In this document: positions 10,789-21,600 of the stretch, in pieces | Layout: the number at the start of each line of letters is the position of its first letter | Numbering within the stretch: position 1 is the first letter of the stretch | Assembly: GCA_002269645.1 (NCBI GenBank) | Contig: NIVC01000490.1 | Location: 1-41,171, forward strand | Reading direction: 5' to 3' | Length of the DNA stretch: 41,171 nt | Source of the DNA: Macrostomum lignano | Lineage: Eukaryota | Made by a program: the position numbers and the translations under genes | The notes under the pieces: generated by a model | Databases searched by the model: none | What the model saw: only the letters and a program-made list of their open reading frames with translations | Told to the model about the DNA's origin: nothing

Positions 10789-10865
10789 AAAAAAGCGCTC
10801 ATGACGCCATCGAGTAAAACTGACAATTTTGCAGTGCTCGATGAGCTGATTCTATCTGCTTTTTT
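10789..10865 (+). promoter_or_regulatory. Type II SECIS element in the SELENOF 3' UTR
   Basis: Helix I AAAAAAGC/GCTTTTTT; core ATGAC (10801) opposite TGAT (10847); helix II GC-CATCGAG/CTCGATG-A-GC; unpaired AAA bulge; apical mini-stem ACTG/CAGT. Lies ~430 nt after the stop codon. Confidence 0.93.
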
Positions 10866-12179
10866 ATTCTGCTTGGGATCCGCAGAATTGTTGCTTTTCC
10901 CTCTACAATGTTACATAATATTAGTCTTGCTCTCAACTTAATGTAGTGTTACAATGCATTAATAGTCTCTGGACAGTGCGAAAACCAGCATTGTTTAGTT
11001 TCACAAGCTTCCACAATTAATCAATTTGAAATAAATTTGAGCACAAAGCGCACGCTTTCAGTGTAGCATCGTCAACTTTCTGAAAAGTGGTTTTTACTGC
11101 AACTGTATTTAACCAGAGTAACTATTTTGATGAGCGAGCAAATCTTCATTCCAGATGCAATCCAGTACAAATATGCGTACAATTATATAACTATAAGTCC
11201 CTTTCGGTTCGCTCACGCCACCATTAATGAAGCCTTTGAGCCAACTAATTTTTTTCTGAATCAATTGTTACCATTGCTGAACTACATGTATATTAGTCCA
11301 AGGCTATATTAGTAGAACTGCACTATTTTGAAAATAAACGCAAATTAACGCAACAATGTATTTTTGAATCCAGAAATTCGAGCCTTAAACCAAACGCATC
11401 CCTAACAGAATGCTTGCACTAACCCAGACAAAGCTCCGTTGTTGCTCGTAAAGCCGTCAAACGGCTAAGATATCAACATTGCTTACTTCTATCATTCAGC
11501 TGTACTACTGTACGCCGAGTAGCACTCGACACATTGAAGCATTTTTATCAGAAATAAAAAAAAAACATTAGATACCGTTTTATACTATGCAGTAACGTTA
11601 GTGCAAGAGTTAAACCATTTACATGTACAAGCGGTAGCCATATTGTACGCTCGTATTTTACATGTAAGAGCGGTTTAGCAGTGTAATTACTAGCTATTTT
11701 TATTTCAATTTCCTAATGAAAGTGCGAATTCACTAGTTAGCTCAAAGTACGCTATATTCATAGCTAGTAGCTAATGCAGTGCATAGGTCGTACGAGCGTA
11801 CAGTGTATTTGTCTTGAAAAAGTTGACAGGCAAATAATACACCTAAGTGATATTGGGCCACGTGTACATCCTAAAAAAAGTTTAAAAGTGCCGATCATTT
11901 TGTATTTGCTTAAGGCTGCTTGGGTTCAAGTACTATAATTAGCTCAGCTTGCATAATTTAAGGCTCCAACATATTAATAAAATTAAAGCGAAATAGTAGT
12001 GACAAACAAGCAAGTTTGAAGGCTCGTTCACACACCGCCATCGAATAGTAAGCCATGAAACCGACGCAAAAAATAGAAACCCAATGAAAAGTGAGGTGCA
12101 AGTTGTGTAATCACTAAAAGGGGTGCAATTCATACCTCTAAAAATGTCGACAGCACCTCTCATAGTTCCGACAATTTCT

Positions 12180-12200
12180 TAACCCTACCCTAACCCTAAC
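12180..12200. repeat. Short interstitial telomere-like (CCCTAA)n tract
   Basis: taaccctaccctaaccctaacc, about 3.5 units with one variant. Confidence 0.5.
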
Positions 12201-12643
12201 CGTTGATGGAGATACAGAGTTGTGAGAGAAGCTGCATGATGGATGGTTTTCGGAGATGTGAAACCCCCTCAATAAAATTGGCTGAATCTGATGGTGGTGT
12301 GAATGGGTCGTTTAAGCGATTAAAGTTTTGCGTAAATGTTTAATTCAGGCAAACAATTGAGTTTAATAAATGAGATACTTTAAAAATCTACTCCTAAAAA
12401 GCCTACATATAAAATTAGGGGAAATAAAAAAAAGTTTGCTATCGCATTTGAATTTTCAAGTACGTGTATGCTTTTCGTGTACAGGGATTGAAATCATATA
12501 ACAACGGTTAGGGAAAACATTATTGAAAACGATCGGGCTTCATTGATAAGTTACCAGCTACACTGTATAGCTAATTCTCAGTGGCAGGATTACGGTGGTT
12601 CTCTGCCATGGCTATATGTATAATTGAATTAAGATCAACTAAG

Positions 12644-15600
12644 CTACTTGAGATCCCAATAGTGGTGGCTGTAGTAGTCGGGCACTCTGATGTTGAACTC
12701 CTTCGCCTTATATTCCGGCTGCCGGTCCACAGGCCGAAGAAAGGCGGGTCGCGGTGTCGTACCGGCGCTGCAGAAATTGGCCAGCTCGATTTTACCGTCG
12801 ATTTCGGTCACACGGGAGGGCCCGATAGTCACCCGAAACTGGGAGACGCGAATCAGAGGATGGACTCGGTTGATGTAGCTCTCCGGCTCTTGAGGCAGTT
12901 GGTCCGGCAATTTCTCGCGAATGCTCACTGGTAGAATGTCTCTACAATCAGTGATGCAGGACTGCATAGCTTTTCTGGCTTCATGGAAGTCTTCTGGATC
13001 ACTCCGAGTGCACACTGAGCAGGAATTATCGAAGTCTCGCCAGCTCTGGTGTCCATCCAAAGTTCTTTGAGGTGCCTCGAACTCTCTATTGAAATCCGTC
13101 GTGGCCTTATCCACCAGCAGTTTTAGCTGTTGTTCGGTATTTTTATAGTCTGGAACTTCAAAGTCGCAGTTGATCTGGCTTGGCACTGCTTCCAGTTTGG
13201 CCTGAATTTCCGCTTTGATTGAGCGACACTCGGAATCGAATTGCCACCATTCTTGATCTGATTCTTTTGCGCTTACAGGCAGAAACTTACAGGCAGTGGC
13301 TGCGTCTGAGCTGAAGTCGATTGAACTTGAAGGCTCCGGTGCCTCAGTGAGGCTTTTGGCTGCCTCTGTCAGTGAACTGAACGGCTGTGGTGCCTCAGTG
13401 GGGCTTTTGGCTGCCTCTGTCAGTGAACTGATCGGCTGTGGTGCCTCAGTGGGGCTTTTGGCTGCCTCTGTCAGTGAACTGATCGGCTCCGGTGTCTCAT
13501 GGAATTCGACAGCTGTTTCTGAGAATCTAGGATCATTGCTGATTCTCTCCTCAACATTAGTCAATGCGTTCAACTCCCAAGGAGTGAGGAGGCGCTCTTC
13601 AAGTTCTTTAGCTAGTGAAGCTTGAGTAGTCTTAGGATTCATTTGAGTCGGAGAAGACAAACTGAAAGCTTCGTTGTGACGTGTGTAAGCACTGGAAATG
13701 CTTGCAAACGGAGATGTAGCCTTTGTTGTGATGGAACCTTCGAAGCCAAGGTGCTCAGTATATCTGCCATTGTTTCGCATACCCTGTGTTTTCTCATCCA
13801 GTGTGATCTGCTTAGCTTGTATTGTATATTCCTGCAGATCGATTCCACCTGACTCGGCTATGAGGCAGATCTGCTTTAAGGACGCAACGCAAATATTTCT
13901 GAAGCTGATGGACGGAGCGGCAAGTGTTATGCCGAATTTCAGAGCAAGTTCCCTTTCTCGGAACTCATTGCCAGAAAGTTTGATTGGCTTTCTAGTTTTT
14001 ATTTTCAATACATTCCTGACACACTCGAAAGTTTTTGCATTGATGAATCGGACCAAATTCTCCTTGTCAAAACTTGGGCAGTCAATTTGAAGTTCGTCAA
14101 ACTGGCAGTCTTTTGCAGCTCCAAAATCTGGCAGTTCTGATTCTGAGCGAATAAGAAAAGAAGCTGCGGTGATTCCACTGTTCACCCGAATTCTGCCCGA
14201 TGAAGTGACCTGCAGGCTGGAATCCACTTTTAGGCTCCCGATGTGCAGCTCGCTAGCGCAGTCAATACGAAGTGACTTAATAAATGAGATCTCTCCATCA
14301 ATACTGACAACTCTTGCTGATACTGCCACTTCATCGCTAATCAGGCACTTGCGAATATGCACTTTGCTGGCAGCACTGATCCAAGATCTTTCACTCGTGT
14401 CTGCACCATTTATTTCCACTTCGCTGCCCTCTAGGTGGAAGCTTCTGCATTTGGAATTCTCTAATTTGAGCAACCCCTGCTTGCCAAATGACTTCACTGC
14501 ACCGTTAAGTTGGCAGTCCGATAGACTCAGTGATCCGGACACAAACAGACTGCACCTGTTGCTCACTCTGGCCCCGTGGATAAAACCATCATGACTGCGC
14601 AGTGTTAGGGATGCAGAGAACTCCGGGTTTTCCATTTCACAGCGCTCACAGTCGATGCTCACATTTTGATCGAACCTGCAAAGTTTCATTGCGTCAAATG
14701 TGTGACATTTCAACGTCACTTCTCCTTTGAATCCACAGCACTCGCTAATTGAAATTTTGTTGAATTCGTCGATTTTAAAAGTCAACTCTGTTGAAAATCC
14801 TTCAATCGTTGCAGTGGCCGAAGCTTTGGATCCTTTGGGGCAAATCCAGGCTGATCCAACTTTGGCAGTTTTAATTTCCAGCTTGTTCACTTTCAATACA
14901 AGCTCTTGCTGAATGTCTGTTTCACCAGCTAAGACAAAAGAGTCGCATGACAGTTCCGTGTGCTTTAGTGATGAAGTCAAAATTGACATATTTTCCACTG
15001 AGCCCTTTAGCGAATCAATAAATCCTGAGCTTATCTTACATTGTGTCGGCTCAGCGCTCAAAATCAGCATCGAAGTCTCAACATTTTCTAGTTTTATATC
15101 ATTACCGGTCAAAAGAGCTGTATTCTCAATCGTCACGTGACTCAACACAACCGTCTTGGGTCTCGAATTCACTTGAAGCTGCATTGTCCTGATGTTTTTT
15201 ATGTTCACAGCTGTTCCTTCAGCGCATGTTTCAGGGCCAGACATCACAAGCAATTCTTTTGTGAATCCTTCGCTTTCTTGTTTGGAATTTCTACCGTCTA
15301 GATCAAGCACCCTTGTCTGTACCTGCATTCGATCCTGCACCAAAACACCACAAACCATTGTAACATCTGCTTTTAGTAGAAGGCTTTCAATGAATTCACA
15401 CGCGGTCACCTGCGCAGTAGTTTCAACTTTCGCTTCAACCTTTTGAACACAACAGCCTTGAAGTTGGAGTTTTTTTGTCTTAAGTTGGACCTCTGCATAT
15501 CGCAAACTTTTGATCTCGCAAATGTTTGAGGCGCTGACTTGAATTCTGGTAGCATCAGTGTCTGCAACGCGGACTTCGGCGCTCTGGATGCAGGCTGTAT

Positions 15601-18600
15601 CCCGAATGTTGCAGCCAGTCATTGTGAACTGAGCATCCGCTTGAATGGTACCGTTTTTGAAGACGCATTCCGTCAAGGCGATGTTCTTGCCAGCGAGTTC
15701 GACAGAGTCGATTCTCGATACGAGATTCAACAGCACTGCTGGTGCGGCCATGGTTTCTTTGGCGTGAATGAAGAGACTTGTCTGCAGTCCAAAAGTGCTT
15801 GTAATGCAGCAACGCCTGCACACGGCTGTTACCTGACCAATTTCTGAGTCACTGATTGCCAGAATGCCGTTACTTTGTACTGTCAGATTGTGCAGACTGC
15901 AGTTTGACTTGATTCGTACATCACCCGAAATTCTTTTGAAGACGACACTGTTAACGATTTCTGTTGTCGATACTGAGGCGAAAAGTGCATCAGTAATGTT
16001 TATCTCTTCCGATTTTACTGCGAGCAGCCGGACTCCCACGATTCCATTTGTCGTACCCGTGACTTCTAGAGTGCGTGAAAAACATTGCGCAACTCGAGCT
16101 GCTATCGAGACAGTCAGTTTCATATCCGACTGAGATTGACAGTCGGAAATGCACAGTCTACCCGAGTTCAGCCAACTCAGACCTACCGAGTTGAGATCAT
16201 GAATGTTGAGATAAGAATTTCCTATATCCACATGGAGACTTCCGACTAGGAGTTGTTTCAGTGTTGTATGACCCTTGGCGATGACGACTGTGCTCTTATT
16301 TGTAATGAGCCTTTCGACATTCACAGACGAATCAGCCAGTAGTTTGAAATGGTCCAGCTGACAATCGCTCACAGTAACATGACCCAAACTGGCAACATCA
16401 CAGCCTTCATCAATCATCAGCCTCTCTAAGATTGTGTTTCCTCTTGACAAGATCTTCAGGGACTTGCCGCTTGAGTCGGACATTCTCAGCATTCGGCAGG
16501 AGATTTCAATGTCCTTCTGGACTTCACACATTCTTACTGTAGCTCCCACTGAACAGCCACGAAGTTTCATCGAGCCCAGTAAGCTGGCAAACGCGTGCGC
16601 AGTTTCTGACCAGGCTACGAGGTCGCCAAAGACGCTAGATTTGGACAGAAGAAAACCACTGTAAGCATCTACATGCATTTTCTCTGTCTCTGTCTCGAAA
16701 AATTTTAACTGCTTTCCCTGGAATGCCAGTCTAGTGAATTTGTTTTGTTTTGACGTCAAATCTGAGCAGAAAGCGACGAATTCGTCACTCATCGATTGCT
16801 CAATGGATAATTCTCCTTCTTTAGGGCATATGAACCAAAGTTTGGAGAGCATAGTTTCACTTACTTTTGCTTTGAAGCTGCATAACACCAAAGTTTCAGT
16901 GACATAAACATTTGCAATTTCGAAGTTATTGCTCGTGCAGGTTGCTGTTCCTAGACAGGTCTTTGTTGAGCTACCTGCAATCTTCGTCATGTTACTAGAG
17001 CGAACTTCTAAATCGGTGACGCTCGAGTCAGTTATTGTAATATTTTCAGCTTTGACAATTTTAAGTGCAGCAGCTAATAAGTCGTCAATTTGAAGGTCGG
17101 AGCACGAAACAGTCAGGTGCTGTGCTTCTACCTGCTGAATGCTGATTTTCTCTTCTGCGGTACAGTGCAAGTCTTTAAGGAAACAAAACTCACCGATGCT
17201 AAAGTGTCGCTTAGTTTTTGCCAAGAACTTTTCAAACACGTGCGATGTTCTTACCAGCAACTCATCAGTGACGTTGCAATTTAGGTTAGTAAACGAGCAC
17301 TTTAGAATCTGGCAGGAGTCGCTCAATATTGTGCAGTTTTCTAACTTCGATGACTCTAGCTTAATGCTGACAAAGCTATCAGATGCTATTAGATAGGTTT
17401 TAGGCGCAAATACAAGCTTTGCATCGAGTTCATTGGAAATAATTGCCTCCAAAATCTCTGTGCTTGTACTATTCACGATACTCGCTGATTCAGACAGTAA
17501 ACAAAGTCTCTCAGATGCTAAATTGCCCACTCGAGCATTCTTAGCGGTGATCCAAACCTCCGTCTCACCAAGGATCTCGTCAATGCCGAGGCTTTCCTCC
17601 GCGGCCATCAGCAAATTCCGTGCTGACCAGATTCCGTACGCTTCAATTTGAGCACTTCTTAGAGTTACAGAGGCTTCTTCAGATGTCAAGCTTCGAGTCT
17701 TCAAGAGTTTCTCCGCAAAAATGTGCACATCCCCAGTGCACACAAGCCATGTTGTTGGCTGATCGGACCAAAGCTGGGCACAGACGGATTTGATGAGGGC
17801 TCCATCCTTCACCGCCATGGAGCCATCAGACCGCCAGCTTTCACAATCATACATGACTTTCTGGGCCTCAATTCGAGTAGGTCCGATCAGGCACAACCAC
17901 CGACTTCGTTCGAACAGTCCGTTTGATTTCAGCGGCGTCCAATCGCACTTGTAAAGCTTCTTCCAGTAATCCGATAAGTCTTCTTCTGTTTCAGAAAACC
18001 CTTCCTTGATGGAAGCAGTAAAGCCTGCAAGCAGACTAGCAACTGAGGAATTTCTCTGCAGACCAGAAGTCTCTGTCACCGTCTGAAGTACCATTTTAGA
18101 TGCAGCCGAAACAACCTGGGCACACCGATTATGATTTTCTCTGAAAGCCTGTGCAGCGTCTAGCACCATGATTTTCAGTGCGTCACACATCTGATTGCTT
18201 GAATCTGGCTGCAGTACCTTTTCTAAATCTTTGATTGAAGCCTTCAGCTCGTCAGACCCCGATTCGATATCTGTGCAAATTTGTTCGGCAAAGCCAAAGT
18301 GCAATATGCTTCTGGTGGATATCGTTGGGCTACACAGCTTTGAAAATATCGTGATGAGGGCACAGCTTTTCATTTTTAGCGAATTTTTGGCCTGAACGTT
18401 TGCTGGTGTGAATTTGCTTGCATCATCGCCATCGTCGCGTTTACACAAGTGCATTAGCACTTTTCCGTTAAGTATGACATCTTCTGCACTCAGCTGACTT
18501 TGGTTGTAAATAAGCTTTGATGCTGAGATGGAGAGCTTCGAACGACATTTTAAGCTTCCAACGACAAGAGCATTTTCCGCTTCGCAAGCAATGGATCCCG

Positions 18601-21600
18601 TGTCTTGTATAGAAGCCAGATTATCAATAAATTTACTTATCAGGCGTAAGGTCTTGCAGAATGTGATTTTGCTTCCAGGTCCAAGTGAAGCGGATTTATC
18701 TGCATGAATCTCTACAGCATTGATGTTTCGCATTTCGAAGGCTGATTTTGCTATGAGTTCCTGAGCACAGATTCTCACTTCAGCAGTGCTTACTTCATCG
18801 TAGCTGCCCACTAAGGAATCCTCAAGCACAACGCCATACGGACATTCTACAGTCGTGTCTTCAAAAATCAACCTATCAACTTTTCTTACTAGCAGTCGCG
18901 CTTGATTCAGCTCGAGTTTGCTGGACTCCCAGATTAACTTCTTGACAGACTGGACCACCATCAGCTCTGATACAAAAGTTCTCGCTGAGTTCATTGCTAG
19001 CAGCTCACCGTTATCAGCATTCACTAGAAGCGTTCCAACTTTAATCTCACAATTTGGGTGCATTTTCATCTCGTTTTCAAATTCAATCAGCAGCAGGGGT
19101 GGCTTTTGTTCTTCGAACTGAGTGATTTCACCACTTATTTTAACGGTTTTTGCGTTCAATATTAGTTTGCCAGAGTTTACTGAAGTTTCACTTCCAAATC
19201 GAAAGCTGCCGCAGCAGTTTAAATTTTCTGTTTCAATCACCATTGCTGGATTTTCTCCAGCCATGCATGAAGTAACTGTGCCGCGAATCAGAACGCTGTC
19301 TGCCTGAATGGTTGCTTTTTCAACACTTTGGAACGCAATGGTGGCCTCTTCAGACTGTATGAACTCCTGGGCTGTAACAAGGCAATTCTTCAGCCCCACC
19401 AATTCGACAAGCCCGCTAAGGCTAAGGTCCTTGTTGCAAGTCAGAAGAAAGTCATCACAAAAACTTTGGTGGCTCGTAACAGACAGTATATCTGCTACTG
19501 ACAGTCGGTGTGCTGTCAGTTGGCTGGGCAAGTCCATCTCGACTCGAATTTCGAGCTGAAGACTGATCTCCGATCCAAGAAAAGTCTGACATTTTAACCT
19601 CGCATCTCGTTGGCCTTTTATTGTGACCTGGTAGTCATTGTGGCACAGCTCATTGTCGTTTAAGTGGCTCACAAGAAGACTGCTTACTTGCACCTGTTGC
19701 GATTTGGCCACAGTAAGATTCAAATCCATTCCAAAATCTTTGTGTGGCTGAACTATCATTGTGTGACACTGAACATTTCGACGTAGTTCAATCATCTCGG
19801 CAGCTCGCAGGTGAAGATAACTCTGATCGGGTGCGCTAACTTTACTGTGCATTATCACGGAGCCCGACAAGCACTGAAAGCTTGCGCCATTTGGTGGTAG
19901 CTTTACTTGGAGAAGCTGGTCATGAGAATTGGCTTGGACATGGAGACTCTTAGAGTTTGTCGCTACGCACACAAGTTGAGCTGCAGCGTTTACATGTCCC
20001 TCGAGGTAGCTGTTTTCATGAGAGCCCAGCCAAAAGATGAACACAGTTCCATGAGTCGATACAATGCTTCCTGCAGAATTATCAATGTCAGTGGCAACAA
20101 TCAGCGTATCCTTGTAGCACACCACGGAGCCAAAGTTAGCAAATTCATTTGCTCTGATCTGCAAATTGCCTCTTATGCACTTAAGCTTGATTTTGGGCAA
20201 AATATGAAGCCATTGGTTTGTCACTATGACAACCGAATCCAGCGCTTCAAAATCATTTGCCAGTGTACAGTCATCTTCCAAATCAATGGACAGGTGCTTT
20301 GTTCCAATTACGCTTCCCTTGTCTATAAAGCGTCGTCCTTTGATATGAAGCGTAGTTCTACACTCTTCCTTTGTCCTAGAGAGGGTCAGTCTTCCGTGAT
20401 GAGTAAACTGATCTGCGATAAAAATGGTAACTTCATCAGCTGCAAAGTCCCACTCAGATCCATTGTGCGTATTTGCTTTGTGTAGCACGATTTCAATGCT
20501 TTTAGGATTTGGTGCTTCGTAGTTTGACTCTGGCGGGCACACCAGTCTGCTGCTCGAACTGAATTCGGCTGTTGCTGCTGGAATGACAACTCCCATGCAC
20601 TGGATGCAGCTATCCACTTCTACATCAACCCCGGTTTGGTTGAAGGAAGAGTGCACAATGAAGGGCCCTTTTGTTATCAGCACATTTTCTCGAAATGAGA
20701 TGTGACCACCTGGACCACAAATTACACTAAGCACGGATTCTTCCGCTTTAACATTAGCCTGGATGGTGAGTTTATCGAAGGCTTTGACTGTAACTCTGTA
20801 GCCGCTGATGCTGCCGCAAGCTTGATCGCTTGCTCTCCTAGTCGTTATTTGAACCTCCGCTTCACTTTCCACAGCTGAACAAAGCGCTGCCTTTTTATCT
20901 TGAATAAAATTTCCGACATCGAGGCTGAGAATTTGGAAAGTGTTGTGTATGCGTTGATAGTTTTCCAAAGTGTTTGCCACCGACAAAGTGCCACCGTTCA
21001 CCAGCCAAAGGTCTGCTTTCTTGTGAACTTTGCAGTTTCCAACTTCCAAAGCAAAAAAGTCTTCGACAATGACTCTTCCAAATACTTCAAAATTTTCACG
21101 GCAGTATCCGCTTATGGACCCGCTTTTCCACACTGACAGCCGCTCGACATAAGCATCTCCTTTGATCTTGAGGTGAACTTTGGCCCCTATGAGCTGACCT
21201 AGATTGTCAAAATTCTGCTTGACAACGCAGAAAATGGATTCTGACTTGAAAATTCCCTTACTGTTTTCTGCCCATTCCAGACGCGCTCGATTGGCATCCA
21301 GTCTGGCTCGTTCCTGTTTGACCAGATTCGCATCGCTGCTCAGATCATTCACTGACTGCCGCAGCGTTGCGCTCGACCTTCGACCCCGGTTATTTCTATA
21401 GCTGGGATCGGCTCCTGAGCAAAGTAGCTGGTTTAGTTCTCCGGAATGACTGGTACATCTTGTGAGTAGTTGTTCATCCAGTCTTCTGCCTTCTCCATCC
21501 AATGTTAATTCAAGCTCTTGGTTTGTCATGCTTTCCCGGTGGTACTTTGCCACGCGAGCTGCTGCCTCTTGTACAGACTCTGGAGATCGTACATTTTGAG

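Noticed and set aside
10630-10941. 103-aa ORF
   Set aside because: Lies in the SELENOF 3' UTR and overlaps the SECIS; no protein features.
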